49,908 bases of DNA from an uncultured Gammaproteobacteria bacterium (GTDB lineage Bacteria; Pseudomonadota; Gammaproteobacteria; JAADGQ01). The translations under genes and the position numbers were made by a program. Positions 1 to 10,727 of the stretch are shown in pieces. Position 1 is the stretch's first letter, and each line of letters begins with the position of its first letter. Below the pieces are notes generated by a model, which had not been told where the DNA came from, did not search any database, and was given only the letters and a program-made list of their open reading frames with translations. Location of the stretch: NCBI GenBank assembly GCA_964468225.1, contig CAYXVC010000002.1, positions 5,016 through 54,923 of the forward strand. The letters are read 5' to 3'.

Positions 1-233
1 TTGAAGTGCTAACCACAGAGGAAACTTTTGTGGATGTTAAAGAGGCGCTCATCGCCGCTGGTTTGGAACCCGAGCACGCGGAAGTGACTATGAAAGCTTC
101 AACAACGGTTGAATTAGACCTGAATGGCGCACAAAAAATGCTGGGGTTAATTGATATGCTGGAAGAGCTGGACGATGTGCAGAATGTTTATTCAAATGTA
201 GACATTTCTGACGAGGTGATGGCGCAGCTATAA
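1..233 (+). CDS. yebC: YebC/PmpR family protein, C-terminal part (5'-truncated by the window)
   Basis: C-terminal motif [17 protein letters not shown]; conserved position upstream of ruvC. Confidence 0.92.
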   Translation, partial: EVLTTEETFVDVKEALIAAGLEPEHAEVTMKASTTVELDLNGAQKMLGLIDMLEELDDVQNVYSNVDISDEVMAQL

Positions 234-251
234 TTTAACCCGGATAGAGTG

Positions 252-767
252 ATGCGTATTCTTGGCATTGATCCCGGATCTCGTATAACGGGTTATGGTG
301 TCATTCAAATTGAAAACAAAAAAGCATGTTACGTCGCATGTGGTGCGATTCGTGCTGAAGGTGAAAATTTTCCTGATCGCTTAAAGAGTATTTTTGAAGG
401 CGTTCATAACGTTGTATCCTCTTATGAACCTGATGAGATGGCAATAGAGCAGGTTTTTGTGAAACTGAATGTGGATTCTGCTTTGAAACTGGGACAAGCA
501 AGGGGCGCGGCTATTTGTGCCACGATCAATGCTGCGTTAAGCGTGGCTGAATATACGCCTACTCAGATCAAGAAGGCGGTGGTCGGTCATGGTCATGCCA
601 CCAAAGCGCAAGTGCAGCACATGGTGCGTGTATTGCTGAATCTTCAAGCAACGCCACAATCCGATGCGGCGGATGCATTGGCGATTGCATTATGTCACTT
701 TAATACAAGTCAGACGATTGCACATATGGGGAGTGCGAAGAGTATGGTAAGAGGGCGGTGGCGATGA
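252..767 (+). CDS. ruvC: Holliday junction resolvase RuvC
   Basis: ILGIDPGSRITGYG, AIEQVF, LGQARG, DAADALAIA motifs; start GTG 249 or ATG 252. Confidence 0.97.
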   Translation: MRILGIDPGSRITGYGVIQIENKKACYVACGAIRAEGENFPDRLKSIFEGVHNVVSSYEPDEMAIEQVFVKLNVDSALKLGQARGAAICATINAALSVAEYTPTQIKKAVVGHGHATKAQVQHMVRVLLNLQATPQSDAADALAIALCHFNTSQTIAHMGSAKSMVRGRWR

Positions 768-1384
768 TAGGGCGTTTACATGGACGATTGCTTGAGAAAA
801 AAGCACCAGAGCTATTGCTGGATGTGCAGGGCGTGGGGTACGAAGTCAATGCACCCATGACGACATTTTATGCGCTGCCTGAAATAGGGGATGAAGTGGT
901 GCTTCACATTCACTTTGTCGTGCGGGAAGATGCACAACTGCTCTATGGCTTTGCAACTGAAGCAGAGCGTACTCTGTTTCGTCACCTGATTAAAGTCAAT
1001 GGTGTTGGGCCAAAACTGGGGCTGACTATTTTGTCCGGAATCTCTTCCGATGATTTTGTTCACTGTGTTCAGGAAGAAGACAGTGCGACTTTAGTGCGTT
1101 TGCCCGGTATTGGTAAAAAAACGGCAGAACGTCTGATTATTGAAATGCGTGATCGCCTGAAGGATTGGGGGCAAACGGTTGCAGCGTCTTCGAGTTTGGC
1201 TGGGCAGAGCGCCCAAACTGTAAAACCCATTAAAGAAACCCCTGTCACGGATGCCGTCAGCGCATTAATCGCACTGGGTTATAAGCCGCAGGAAGCCAGT
1301 CGTATGGTGCGTAATATCGAAACTCAGAATTTACCCAGTGAAGATATTATTCGTTTGGCACTGCAATCATCGGTTAAGAAATAG
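764..1384 (+). CDS. ruvA: Holliday junction branch migration protein RuvA
   Basis: GVGYEV, VREDAQLLYGF, HhH motifs GVGPKL and PGIGKKTAER; ATGA overlap with the ruvC stop. Confidence 0.97.
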   Translation: MIGRLHGRLLEKKAPELLLDVQGVGYEVNAPMTTFYALPEIGDEVVLHIHFVVREDAQLLYGFATEAERTLFRHLIKVNGVGPKLGLTILSGISSDDFVHCVQEEDSATLVRLPGIGKKTAERLIIEMRDRLKDWGQTVAASSSLAGQSAQTVKPIKETPVTDAVSALIALGYKPQEASRMVRNIETQNLPSEDIIRLALQSSVKK

Positions 1385-1390
1385 TCTGAG

Positions 1391-2446
1391 ATGATCGAGC
1401 CTGAACGCTTAATTGCCGCACAAAATACGACACCTGAAGAGGAGCGTATTGATCGTGCGATTCGCCCCAAGCGGTTAGCGGATTATGTGGGTCAATCCGT
1501 TGTTCGTGAGCAGATGGAAATTTTTATTCATGCGGCTAAAAAGCGCGAAGAAGCACTGGATCATGTTCTAATTTTTGGCCCACCCGGATTGGGTAAAACC
1601 ACGTTGGCCAATATTATAGCTACTGAAATGGATGTGAATCTCAAACATACTTCAGGCCCTGTGCTGGAGCGTCCGGGTGATTTGGCGGCATTGCTGACCA
1701 ATCTGGAAGCGCATGACGTTCTGTTTATTGATGAAATTCACCGTTTGAGTCCCGTGGTTGAAGAGGTGCTTTATCCCGCGCTGGAAGACTATCAATTGGA
1801 TATTATGATTGGTGAGGGGCCAGCAGCGCGTTCTATCAAGCTGGATCTTCCGCCGTTTACTTTAGTCGGGGCGACGACACGAGCTGGTTCATTAACTTCT
1901 CCATTGCGTGATCGTTTTGGTATTGTTCAGCGGCTGGAGTTTTATTCGGTGGCCGATTTACTGACCATTGTAAAGCGTTCTGCCAATATTTTGGGTCTGG
2001 ATATGGAGCACGAGGGGGCTTTGGAAATAGCGCGTCGCTCTCGGGGAACCCCTCGCATTGCAAATCGCCTGTTGCGCAGGGTACGCGATTATGCCGAAGT
2101 GAAAGCTGATGGAAAAATCTGTGGTGAAGTGGCGGTGAAAGCGCTGGATTTACTGAGTGTTGATAGTCATGGCTTTGATATGCAGGATCGAAAATTGCTA
2201 CTATCCATTATTGAAAAATTTGATGGTGGGCCTGTCGGAGTGGATAGTCTGGCAGCAGCGATTGGTGAAGAGCGCGGTACGATTGAAGATGTGCTAGAGC
2301 CTTTTTTGATTCAGCAGGGCTTTATGATGCGTACCACACGCGGGCGTGTTGCAACGAACAGCACCTATCTACACTTTGGATTGAAACCGCCCGTGCATGA
2401 GGGGGAGTCGATAACGCCAAATTTGTTTGGTGAAAAAAGTGAGTAG
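1391..2446 (+). CDS. ruvB: Holliday junction helicase RuvB
   Basis: Walker [10 protein letters not shown], Walker [30 protein letters not shown]. Confidence 0.98.
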   Translation: MIEPERLIAAQNTTPEEERIDRAIRPKRLADYVGQSVVREQMEIFIHAAKKREEALDHVLIFGPPGLGKTTLANIIATEMDVNLKHTSGPVLERPGDLAALLTNLEAHDVLFIDEIHRLSPVVEEVLYPALEDYQLDIMIGEGPAARSIKLDLPPFTLVGATTRAGSLTSPLRDRFGIVQRLEFYSVADLLTIVKRSANILGLDMEHEGALEIARRSRGTPRIANRLLRRVRDYAEVKADGKICGEVAVKALDLLSVDSHGFDMQDRKLLLSIIEKFDGGPVGVDSLAAAIGEERGTIEDVLEPFLIQQGFMMRTTRGRVATNSTYLHFGLKPPVHEGESITPNLFGEKSE

Positions 2447-2882
2447 TTTTAAATGGCCAGTGCGTATCTATTATGAAGATACGGATAGTGGTGGTGTAGT
2501 TTATTACGCCAATTATCTGAAATACATGGAGCGTGCTCGTACTGAATGGTTACGAAGCCTTGGAATTGAACAGCCTCAATTGCAAGCGGAGCATGGCATC
2601 GTATTTGCTGTGTGTGCGGTTTCACTGGAATATTTGAAGCCCGCACGGTTTAATGATTTTTTACAAGTGACAGTTATTTTGAAAAAACAGGGAAAAGCCA
2701 GCATGGTTATTGAACAAAGTGTCAATCGCGTGACCCGTTCCACAAATACTTTGTCGGGATTAAATGATAATGGCGAGCTTTTGTGCCAAGGAAGGATTAA
2801 AATTGCTTGCGTTGATGCAATCACTTTTAAAGTTCGCTCTATACCACAATCTGTATTAGGAGAAATAGCAGATGAATGTTGA
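2439..2882 (+). CDS. ybgC: Tol-Pal-associated acyl-CoA thioesterase YbgC
   Basis: [26 protein letters not shown] hot-dog thioesterase motif; upstream of tolQ; GTG start at 2439 inferred. Confidence 0.93.
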   Translation: MSSFKWPVRIYYEDTDSGGVVYYANYLKYMERARTEWLRSLGIEQPQLQAEHGIVFAVCAVSLEYLKPARFNDFLQVTVILKKQGKASMVIEQSVNRVTRSTNTLSGLNDNGELLCQGRIKIACVDAITFKVRSIPQSVLGEIADEC

Positions 2883-3552
2883 TCTATCACTGATGCATTT
2901 AATTAGTAATGCCAGTTTTTTAGTGCAGTCAGTTATGGTTATTTTATTATTGGCCTCACTGATCTCATGGACCATGATTTTTCAAAAATGGTCGATTCTA
3001 AAAAAGGCAGGGAGTGACGCAGACGATTTTGAAGAGCGCTTTTGGTCGGGTAAGGATTTGTCCAACCTCTATTCGCAAGTGCATGCCGAGCGGCATAATG
3101 CCTCCGGTATGGAAAGTATTTTTATGGCCGGTTTTACTGAATTTGCACGCATGCGTAAACGCACAGGAATTGAGCCTGCTGCGCAACTGGAAGGGCCGCA
3201 TCGGGTCATGCGTGTTGCATTGAATCGTGAAGTGGATTCTTTAGAAAAAAACTTGTCATTTTTGGCGACGGTCGGTTCGATCAGTCCCTATATTGGTCTG
3301 TTTGGAACGGTGTGGGGCATTATGAATGCTTTTCGTGGTTTGAGTGAAGTGCAGCAAGCTACTATTGCAATGGTGGCACCAGGAATTTCTGAGGCACTGA
3401 TTGCAACAGCGATGGGCTTGTTTGCTGCGATTCCGGCAGTGATTGCCTATAATCGATATTCATCCGATGTCGAACGTTTGGTGAATCGTTTTGATAACTT
3501 TTCAGATGAGTTTTATACGATCTTGCAACGTAAAGTGCATTCCCCCAATTAA
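2872..3552 (+). CDS. tolQ: TolQ proton-channel protein
   Basis: LATVGSISPYIGLFGTVWGIM and APGISEALIATAMGLFAAIPAV. Confidence 0.97.
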   Translation: MNVDLSLMHLISNASFLVQSVMVILLLASLISWTMIFQKWSILKKAGSDADDFEERFWSGKDLSNLYSQVHAERHNASGMESIFMAGFTEFARMRKRTGIEPAAQLEGPHRVMRVALNREVDSLEKNLSFLATVGSISPYIGLFGTVWGIMNAFRGLSEVQQATIAMVAPGISEALIATAMGLFAAIPAVIAYNRYSSDVERLVNRFDNFSDEFYTILQRKVHSPN

Positions 3553-3572
3553 AGCAGAAACAGGTGAGGCCG

Positions 3573-4001
3573 ATGGTGAATGGACGTGTTAGAAAACGCC
3601 CCATAAGTGAAATTAATGTCGTACCATATATTGATGTTATGTTGGTATTACTGATTATCTTTATGGTGACTGCTCCCTTGATGACTCAGGGAGTACAGGT
3701 TAACTTGCCTCAGGCAAGTTCTGAGGCGATTGAATCGAATGACAAAGAGCCACTTGAACTGACGGTTGATGCTGATGGGAACTATTATATGAATATAGGG
3801 GGTGATCCTGAGCAAGCCATTGATGCGGAAACGGTCATGCTGCGAACCTCTACAACTTTGCGCCACCAGCCTGGCACTCCGGTGTATGTTCGGGGGGATG
3901 CTGGTATTGATTATGGTTCTGTGATTCAAGCTATGGTGCTATTACAGCAAGCGGGTGCGCCCAGTGTCGGATTGATAACTGCAGCACCTGACAATCATTA
4001 A
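3573..4001 (+). CDS. tolR: TolR
   Basis: EINVVPYIDVMLVLLIIFMVTAP; GAGG precedes ATG 3573. Confidence 0.96.
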   Translation: MVNGRVRKRPISEINVVPYIDVMLVLLIIFMVTAPLMTQGVQVNLPQASSEAIESNDKEPLELTVDADGNYYMNIGGDPEQAIDAETVMLRTSTTLRHQPGTPVYVRGDAGIDYGSVIQAMVLLQQAGAPSVGLITAAPDNH

Positions 4002-4907
4002 ATGCTTAAGAACTCCCCATTTTTTTTGCTGTCAATCTTCATACATGGCGTTTTAATTGCCGTGATGTTGTTTAGTTTTTCATGGGAAGTTGAACCTCAA
4101 AAGCCAGTCAATATTATAAAAGCTGTTGTCATTAATGATGAGCAGTTGCAGGCTGAAATGGAAAAAATCAGAGAGAAAAACAGGCGCAAGCAGGCTGAGG
4201 AGGCGCAACGTCAAGCGGAGCTGGAGCAACAGGCTTTAGTGGCTGAAGAGAAGAGGAAAGTTGAAGAGCAACGCTTGATTGAGTTAGAAAAAGAGAGGCA
4301 AGTCGAAGAGAAGCGACTGATAGAGTTAGAAAAGAAACAGCAAGAAGAGCTAAGGCGTCAGGCAGAAGAAAAAATAAAACAGGAAGCCGAAGCAAAACGA
4401 TTGGCTGAGCTAAAAAAGAAAAAGGAAGAAGAAAGAAAGAAAAAAGAGGCACTTAAAGCTAAAAAAGCCGCAGAAAATAAAAAGTTAGCGGAAGAAAAAA
4501 AGAGAAAAAAGGCTGAAAAGAAACGATTAGCAGAAAAAGCGCAACGTAAAAAAGAAAAAGAAGCCAAAGAAGCGGAAGCTAAGCGCAAAGCCATCGCTAA
4601 AGCACAAACAATACGCAACAAGGAATTAAAGGTACTCCGGTCAAGGTATGTTGATTCAATTGCTCAACATGTTGAGCGCTATTGGCGCAGACCGTCAAGT
4701 GCGAAGCCAGGTTTGTCATGCACTGTCAAAGTAAAGCAAATTCCTGGTGGAGAGGTCATTCATGCGCGAGTTGGTGTTTGTAATGGGGATCAGATTGTTC
4801 AACGCTCTATTGAACATGCGGTGTTAAGAGCTTCACCATTGCCAGCGCCACCCGATCCAGAGTTGTTTGATAGAAATTTGGTATTTGTTTTTAAACCTAC
4901 GGATTGA
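4002..4907 (+). CDS. tolA: TolA energy transducer
   Basis: N-terminal TM helix with SIFIH (SxxxH motif), long E/K/A-rich helical domain, C-terminal TonB-like domain (RSIEHAVLRASPLP). Confidence 0.93.
   Translation: MLKNSPFFLLSIFIHGVLIAVMLFSFSWEVEPQKPVNIIKAVVINDEQLQAEMEKIREKNRRKQAEEAQRQAELEQQALVAEEKRKVEEQRLIELEKERQVEEKRLIELEKKQQEELRRQAEEKIKQEAEAKRLAELKKKKEEERKKKEALKAKKAAENKKLAEEKKRKKAEKKRLAEKAQRKKEKEAKEAEAKRKAIAKAQTIRNKELKVLRSRYVDSIAQHVERYWRRPSSAKPGLSCTVKVKQIPGGEVIHARVGVCNGDQIVQRSIEHAVLRASPLPAPPDPELFDRNLVFVFKPTD
4260..4343 (+). repeat. Imperfect 42-bp (14 aa) tandem duplication inside tolA
   Basis: VEEQRLIELEKERQ (4260-4301) followed by VEEKRLIELEKKQQ (4302-4343), also similar at DNA level. 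Confidence 0.8.
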
Positions 4908-4920
4908 TTTCGAGTCATTT

Positions 4921-6234
4921 ATGAAAATAACTGTTTTACGTTTGCTTAGTGTGTGTTTGTGTCTCTTTATGGTTTCACAGGCTCAGGCCGTATTGAAAAT
5001 CGAGATTACACAAGGAGTTTCTGGCGCTATGCCCATTGCTGTTGTGCCTTTTGGCGTGGAAGGGATGACCAATGCTCCGGAAGATATTGCCAAAATTATT
5101 GCTGCAGATTTACATAGAAGCGGGCATTTTAAGCCTCTGCCTGAAAAAGATTTCCTTTCACGTCCGACAACGGCATCAAAAGTGCAGTTTAAAGAGTGGC
5201 GTATGTTGAAAGCCGAAAGCCTCGTGGTGGGTAAAATACGCAAGGTCAGGAATGGCTATGTGATCCAATTTCACCTTTTGGACGTACTTAGTGGTAAACG
5301 TTTGCTGGGTTATACGATTCCTGCAAGAGGCAAAGTGCTACGAGCGAATGAGTTGCGTTATGCCGCGCACCAAATCAGTGACATTATCTATAAAGAGTTA
5401 ACCGGGAATCCAGGTGCATTTGCAACACAAATAGCCTATGTGACCTCCGTACCAGGCGCGGATGGGAAACCACGCTCTTCACTCTTTGTAGCAGATGCGG
5501 ATGGGAAAAATCCACGAGCCGTTTTAACTTCAAAATGGCCGATTATGTCGCCTTCGTGGTCTCCCGATGGCAGGCGTTTGGCTTATGTTTCATTTGAAAC
5601 ACAGCGGCCTGTGATACATATACAGGAGCTATTGACCGGGGAGCGCAAACGCCTGCAGTCATTTAAAGGGTTGAATGGTGCACCTTCGTGGTCTCCTGAT
5701 GGTAAAAGGTTGGCTGTGGTTCTATCGCGTGATGGTAATCCGGAAATCTATCTGTATGAACTTTCAAATGATAAACTACGTCGTTTGACACGTAACCGTG
5801 CTATAGATACCGAGCCAGTATGGTCTCCTGATGGTAAAAGTATTGTGTTTACTTCTTCTCGTAGTGGTGGTGCACAGCTTTATCGGATTCTTGTGGCAGG
5901 AGGGCGACCAAAGCGACTGACATTTGAGGGCAAATATAATTCGCGTGCGGCATTTTCTGCGGATGGTAAATTATTAGCTATGGTACATCGAGAGCGAGAC
6001 AAGTATTATATTGCAGTAAAGGATTTGGAGAGGGGTGGGGTTCGCTTGTTATCTGAAGGGGGATTGGATGAGTCTCCCAGTTTTTCACCAAATGGAAGTA
6101 TGATTATTTATGCAACAAAAAATAGAGGCAAGAGTGTTTTAGCTGTTGTTTCTGTCGATGGCCGTGTTCGGCAGCGATTATCACAAACGGGTGATGTACG
6201 CGAGCCTGCGTGGTCTACATTCAAATTAAATTAA
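4921..6234 (+). CDS. tolB: TolB beta-propeller protein
   Basis: Signal peptide from ATG 4921, LKIEITQG, PIAVVPF, repeated P-x-WSPDG blades. Confidence 0.97.
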   Translation: MKITVLRLLSVCLCLFMVSQAQAVLKIEITQGVSGAMPIAVVPFGVEGMTNAPEDIAKIIAADLHRSGHFKPLPEKDFLSRPTTASKVQFKEWRMLKAESLVVGKIRKVRNGYVIQFHLLDVLSGKRLLGYTIPARGKVLRANELRYAAHQISDIIYKELTGNPGAFATQIAYVTSVPGADGKPRSSLFVADADGKNPRAVLTSKWPIMSPSWSPDGRRLAYVSFETQRPVIHIQELLTGERKRLQSFKGLNGAPSWSPDGKRLAVVLSRDGNPEIYLYELSNDKLRRLTRNRAIDTEPVWSPDGKSIVFTSSRSGGAQLYRILVAGGRPKRLTFEGKYNSRAAFSADGKLLAMVHRERDKYYIAVKDLERGGVRLLSEGGLDESPSFSPNGSMIIYATKNRGKSVLAVVSVDGRVRQRLSQTGDVREPAWSTFKLN

Positions 6235-6267
6235 TACAAAAAATAGTTGAATTTAGGAGATAAGAAA

Positions 6268-6813
6268 ATGAAATCATATTCAAAATTGTTAGGGCTGGCT
6301 GCTCCTGCATTTATAGTCATGGGTTGTAGTTCTACTGGAGATGTGGTGGAGCCTGTTGAAGAAGTTTTTGCTCCTGTTGTTATTGAAGAGCGCGAGGCTC
6401 CAGCCTTTACGGCACCTGTTGAAGTCCCTGTGATCTCTGAAATGACGGAAGCTTACAGTGGTGATGCTTTAGATGATCCTGATAGTGTTTTAGCCATTCG
6501 TGTGATCTATTTTGAATACGATTCAAGTGAAATAAAGGATGAGTTTCATTCCGTCGTCAGTGCTCATGCCACGTACCTGATTGATAACCCCAGTGCATTT
6601 TTGGTGCTGGAAGGTCATGCGGATGAACGCGGTACTCGTGAATACAATATGGCATTGGGCGAGCGCCGTGCGAATTCAGTACAAAATACACTGTTGTTAC
6701 ACGGGGTGCCAGCAAGTCAGATGGAGGTGGTGAGTTACGGTGAGGAGCGGCCCGAAGCGACAGGCTATGATGATCAAAATCGTCGTGTAGAATTACGTTA
6801 CCAAGGACGCTAA
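6268..6813 (+). CDS. pal: Peptidoglycan-associated lipoprotein Pal
   Basis: AGGAG RBS before ATG 6268, lipobox VMGC, OmpA-like motifs IYFEYD, EGHADERGTREYNMALGERRA, NRRV. Confidence 0.96.
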   Translation: MKSYSKLLGLAAPAFIVMGCSSTGDVVEPVEEVFAPVVIEEREAPAFTAPVEVPVISEMTEAYSGDALDDPDSVLAIRVIYFEYDSSEIKDEFHSVVSAHATYLIDNPSAFLVLEGHADERGTREYNMALGERRANSVQNTLLLHGVPASQMEVVSYGEERPEATGYDDQNRRVELRYQGR

Positions 6814-7724
6814 TGAAAGATTTTTCAGCGCGATACCTGTGCCTGCCATGCAATGCAGGTATTGTGGCTCTGTTGTTGGTGGTCTCTGCAGCTCCCGTCA
6901 GTGCTGAATCGCTCGCGCCTGTTGTGGAGGGAACCTCCATTCAGGCGAAGCAAAACAGTTTACTTGAATCACGTTTAAGTAAACTGGAACGTTTGATGGA
7001 AAATCAGGCGTTAATGAACTTGACGCTGCGTCTGGATGAACTTGAAAATCAGTTGCAACAGCTTCAGGGTGATATAGAGTTGCAAACACATCATCAGGAA
7101 GAGATGAGCCGCAAACAGAAAGCGCTGTATCTAGATATGGATCAACGTCTGGAGGCGCTGGAAGACGGGAGTACAACACTTCAGGACGAGAGTAGTGACT
7201 TGTCAATAGCTCCACCATCTATTGAAGACTCTGAATCATCGGTCATGTTTGATGATGAAATGGTGCCGGGTGCAACACTGGTGACTGCTGAGAGTTCCGT
7301 TTCAGAGGTGATGGAGGTGTCTTCCGAAACTGTATCAGGAGACCCTGAATCGGTTTATTCCGAAGCTTATTCATTGCTTAAAAATGGCCAGTACGACGAA
7401 GCGATTAGTGCTTTTCAGAATTTTTTGAAAAGTTACTCAGGTTCTGAGTACGCCGATAATGCGCAATACTGGCTGGCTGAGGCTAACTACGTTACACGTC
7501 GGTTTAGCCAGGCAGTGAGTCATTTTGGCAAGGTGGTCAGTGATTATAGTAGCAGCCATAAAGTACCTGGTGCTTTGCTGAAAGTGGGTTACGCACATTA
7601 TGAGCTTGAAGAGTGGCCGCAGGCTCGCGTTTCTTTAGAGTCGTTGGTTAGAGAGTTCCCCAAAAGTAGTGCGGCACGTCTGGCAGAAAATCGCTTGAAA
7701 CGTATGGAAGAAGAAGGGCGGTAA
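6813..7724 (+). CDS. cpoB: Cell division coordinator CpoB (YbgF)
   Basis: Signal peptide, N-terminal coiled coil, C-terminal TPRs (YADNAQYWLAE, KVPGALLKVG); TAATG coupling to pal. Confidence 0.93.
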   Translation: MKDFSARYLCLPCNAGIVALLLVVSAAPVSAESLAPVVEGTSIQAKQNSLLESRLSKLERLMENQALMNLTLRLDELENQLQQLQGDIELQTHHQEEMSRKQKALYLDMDQRLEALEDGSTTLQDESSDLSIAPPSIEDSESSVMFDDEMVPGATLVTAESSVSEVMEVSSETVSGDPESVYSEAYSLLKNGQYDEAISAFQNFLKSYSGSEYADNAQYWLAEANYVTRRFSQAVSHFGKVVSDYSSSHKVPGALLKVGYAHYELEEWPQARVSLESLVREFPKSSAARLAENRLKRMEEEGR

Positions 7725-7748
7725 TTTCATTTCTTCGCTTGTTTTTTT

Positions 7749-8399
7749 ATGTCGTTAGAGACTCGTTTACGCCTTACAGAAATTTTTTATTCTCTTCAGG
7801 GAGAGTCACGTAGTATTGGCTGGCCAACGGTTTTTATTCGGTTGACGGGCTGCCCTCTGCGCTGTATTTATTGTGATACAAAATACGCTTACCAAGGTGG
7901 GCAGTGGCGCTCTATCTTGAGTGTTATGCAGCAGGTTAAAAGTTATAATGCGACTTATGTGACGGTCACAGGCGGAGAACCTCTGGCGCAAAAAAATTGT
8001 TTACCTTTGTTGGTTGCATTGTGCGACGAGGGTTATGAAGTTTCTTTGGAAACCAGCGGCGCTCTTGATATTTCACAGGTGGATTCTCGTGTTGTTCGTG
8101 TTGTAGATGTTAAAACGCCAGGGTCAGGCGAAGCTGAAAAAAATTTATTGACTAATTTCTCCTATCTCTCTGATAAAGACCAAATAAAGTTTGTGGTATG
8201 TGATCGAGAGGATTACCTTTGGTCCAAAAGTTTTCTCGAAGAGCATCAATTGGCTTCATGTTGTGAAGTTTTATTCAGTGCTTCACAAGGGCAACTGACG
8301 GATACAACTTTAGCCGACTGGCTTCTCGAAGATCGTTTGCCCGTTCGTTTTCAAATACAACTTCATAAATATCTCTGGAATGATGCACAAGGTAAGTGA
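7749..8399 (+). CDS. queE: 7-carboxy-7-deazaguanine synthase (radical SAM)
   Basis: [19 protein letters not shown] (CxxxCxxC), TGGEPL, QLHK. Confidence 0.96.
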   Translation: MSLETRLRLTEIFYSLQGESRSIGWPTVFIRLTGCPLRCIYCDTKYAYQGGQWRSILSVMQQVKSYNATYVTVTGGEPLAQKNCLPLLVALCDEGYEVSLETSGALDISQVDSRVVRVVDVKTPGSGEAEKNLLTNFSYLSDKDQIKFVVCDREDYLWSKSFLEEHQLASCCEVLFSASQGQLTDTTLADWLLEDRLPVRFQIQLHKYLWNDAQGK

Positions 8400-9099
8400 A
8401 AATAGCACCAAGGTAAATATTTCTGGCAAGCCAGCAGCTGTTGTGCTGGTATCAGGAGGCCTGGATTCGGCGACAACATTGGCAATAGCAAAGAAGCAGG
8501 GGTTTCGTTGTTTTGCCTTGAGTTTTGATTATGGCCAAAGTCACAGCTCTGAATTATTAGCTGCAAAGCGGGTCGTTGATTTAGCAGGTGTGGAAGAGTA
8601 TAAAGTTGTAAATATGGATATGAGGCAGTTTGGTGGTTCTGCCTTAACGGACGCTTCAATCAGTATTCCTGACCACTCTTGTGATGGTATTCCAGTGACG
8701 TATGTTCCTGCACGTAATACTATTTTTTTATCAATCGCACTGGGTTGGGCTGAAGTGCTGAATGCAGAGGCGATATTTATTGGTGTTAATGCGGTTGACT
8801 ATTCAGGTTATCCGGATTGCCGTCCGGAATATATATCAGCATTTGAAAAAACTGCAAACTTAGCAACAAAGGCAGGTGTAGAAGGGGTTTCTTTCCGTAT
8901 TCATGCACCATTGATTCATTTAAATAAAGCAGAGATTATAAAGAAAGGGCTCTCTTTAGGTGTTGATTTTTCTCAAACAGTTTCTTGTTATGCGGCGGAT
9001 AGCCAAGGGTTGGCTTGTCGGGTGTGTGATTCATGTCGTTTGCGAGAGGCCGGGTTTCGGGATGCTGAAGTGATAGATCCAACGCGGTATGTTATTTAA
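8380..9099 (+). CDS. queC: 7-cyano-7-deazaguanine synthase
   Basis: [22 protein letters not shown]-terminal Zn motif SCY...CRVCDSC; start uncertain. Confidence 0.96.
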   Translation: MMHKVSENSTKVNISGKPAAVVLVSGGLDSATTLAIAKKQGFRCFALSFDYGQSHSSELLAAKRVVDLAGVEEYKVVNMDMRQFGGSALTDASISIPDHSCDGIPVTYVPARNTIFLSIALGWAEVLNAEAIFIGVNAVDYSGYPDCRPEYISAFEKTANLATKAGVEGVSFRIHAPLIHLNKAEIIKKGLSLGVDFSQTVSCYAADSQGLACRVCDSCRLREAGFRDAEVIDPTRYVI

Positions 9100-9143
9100 C
9101 TTGAGGTCGGGTTTTTATTGATGAATATGTGCCTGGTTACCCA

Positions 9144-9629
9144 TTACTTTTCTAATAACAAGGCAATAGCATGGGTAGATATGCCTTCTTTTCGGCCAGT
9201 GAATCCCAGGTTTTCAGTGGTCGTGGCTTTGACATTCACACGATTATTTTCAATTTTAAGGTCAGCCGCAAGATTGGAAACCATTTCTGATATGTGAGGT
9301 GCAAGCTTCGGTACTTGTGCAATGACAGTGACATCAATATTGGAAATGGTAAAATTTTTATCACGAATGAGCAAGGTGACATTACGCAGTAATATGCGGC
9401 TGTCGATATTCTCAAACTGATCGCTGGTATCGGGGAAATGTTTTCCGATATCGCCAAGCCCTGCCGCGCCCAGCAGCGCATCACATACGGCATGAATCAG
9501 TACATCACCATCTGAATGAGCCACAAGCCCCCACGGATGAGTGATTTTGACTCCACCAAGAATTAAATCGCAACGCTTGTCCGATGCATTGGCAAAGCGG
9601 TGTACATCGTAACCATGACCAATTCTCAC
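9144..9629 (-). CDS. ispF: 2-C-methyl-D-erythritol 2,4-cyclodiphosphate synthase
   Basis: [36 protein letters not shown]. Confidence 0.97.
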   Translation of the reverse strand: MRIGHGYDVHRFANASDKRCDLILGGVKITHPWGLVAHSDGDVLIHAVCDALLGAAGLGDIGKHFPDTSDQFENIDSRILLRNVTLLIRDKNFTISNIDVTVIAQVPKLAPHISEMVSNLAADLKIENNRVNVKATTTENLGFTGRKEGISTHAIALLLEK

Positions 9630-9630
9630 G

Positions 9631-10365
9631 TTATGTTTCCTTCTTCTGTTCTTTTAAAAAAAGCGCGGCCAGTGATAGGTCTTGCGGGTGTGTGATTTTA
9701 ATATTATCCGCATGGCCCTCGACCAATAACGGAGTGAGGCCCAGCCACTCTATTGCCGAAGCTTCGTCGGTGATGGTCTGGTTTTGTGATGCAGCCAATC
9801 GTAAGGCGCGTGTTAAATCATCCAGACGAAACATTTGAGGGGTGAGTGCTCGCCAGAGCCCACTGCGGTCAATGGTATCAATAATGTTGGTTTCGCTGTC
9901 AACACGTTTGACAGTGTCTGCAACAGGAATTCCCAGTAATCCGCCAACGGGATGGTCGGATAATTTGTCAATCAGCCGATCAATATCTTCGTGACGCAGG
10001 CATGGGCGAGCAGCATCATGAACTAATACCCAATCTTTGGGGTGTGCATAAGTTGCGAGCCTTTCCAAAGCATTGAGTACAGAGTCACAGCGCTCTTTTC
10101 CACCCTCGGCTTCCAGCAGTAACTTATGGCGCTTCTGTGTTCGCAGGCGTTCCCAATGAGAGTCACCGCGTGTGGTTGCAACCACGATGCCATGAATGGC
10201 GGGGTGGCTTTCCAGACGTTGCAAGGTGTGTTCAATCACCGTTTTATCAGCGAGCTTCAGGTATTGCTTGGGAATTGATTTTCCCATGCGTTTTCCGCTT
10301 CCAGCGGCAGGAATGACAACCCAATAGCGTGGGATATTATTTTTTGAGATCAATTTTGTAGTCAA
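9631..10365 (-). CDS. ispD: 2-C-methyl-D-erythritol 4-phosphate cytidylyltransferase
   Basis: [30 protein letters not shown]. Confidence 0.97.
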   Translation of the reverse strand: MTTKLISKNNIPRYWVVIPAAGSGKRMGKSIPKQYLKLADKTVIEHTLQRLESHPAIHGIVVATTRGDSHWERLRTQKRHKLLLEAEGGKERCDSVLNALERLATYAHPKDWVLVHDAARPCLRHEDIDRLIDKLSDHPVGGLLGIPVADTVKRVDSETNIIDTIDRSGLWRALTPQMFRLDDLTRALRLAASQNQTITDEASAIEWLGLTPLLVEGHADNIKITHPQDLSLAALFLKEQKKET

Positions 10366-10375
10366 TGTTTTAAAT

Positions 10376-10645
10376 CTAGTCGATTATTTGATAGAAAATT
10401 TCGCCTTTTTTAATCATGCCAAGCTCACTGCGTGCACGTTCCTCAATGGCATCTTTTCCCTCTTTTAGCCCTCGGACTTCGGCAGATAAGCGCTGATTTT
10501 CCTGACGAAGCCGTTCATTTTCTTCAGTTTGTTTCGATATTGTTTGTTGCATTTCTTTGACACCTTGCAATCCACCTTTGTCAAACCACAGTTTGGTTTG
10601 TAGAAAAACAGTTAATAACAATAGGCAGAGAATAAACAGTTTCAT
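10376..10645 (-). CDS. ftsB: Cell division protein FtsB
   Basis: TM helix, LWFDKGG, coiled coil, AIEERARSELGMIK; upstream of ispD. Confidence 0.95.
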   Translation of the reverse strand: MKLFILCLLLLTVFLQTKLWFDKGGLQGVKEMQQTISKQTEENERLRQENQRLSAEVRGLKEGKDAIEERARSELGMIKKGEIFYQIID

Positions 10646-10727
10646 GGTGTTAAAGGATCATAAATATAAAGTGGTGATAATGATGCAAGCGCTTGAAGTA
10701 TATCATTAGGATCAATCACGAAATAAT

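Noticed and set aside
4168-4621. Hydrophobic F/L/S-rich antisense ORFs resembling membrane proteins
   Set aside because: Mirror of the GAA/AAA-rich tolA coding strand; no independent evidence.
5551-5840. Regularly spaced DNA repeats TGGTCTCC(C/T)GATGG at 5557, 5689 and 5821 (132-bp period), superficially CRISPR-like
   Set aside because: They encode the WSPDG motif of successive 44-aa TolB beta-propeller blades, in frame within tolB.
7749-9099. queE-queC as part of a 7-deazaguanine DNA-modification (dpd) defence island
   Set aside because: No dpdA/tgt-like or other dpd genes nearby; the position after pal-cpoB is the ordinary housekeeping queuosine context.
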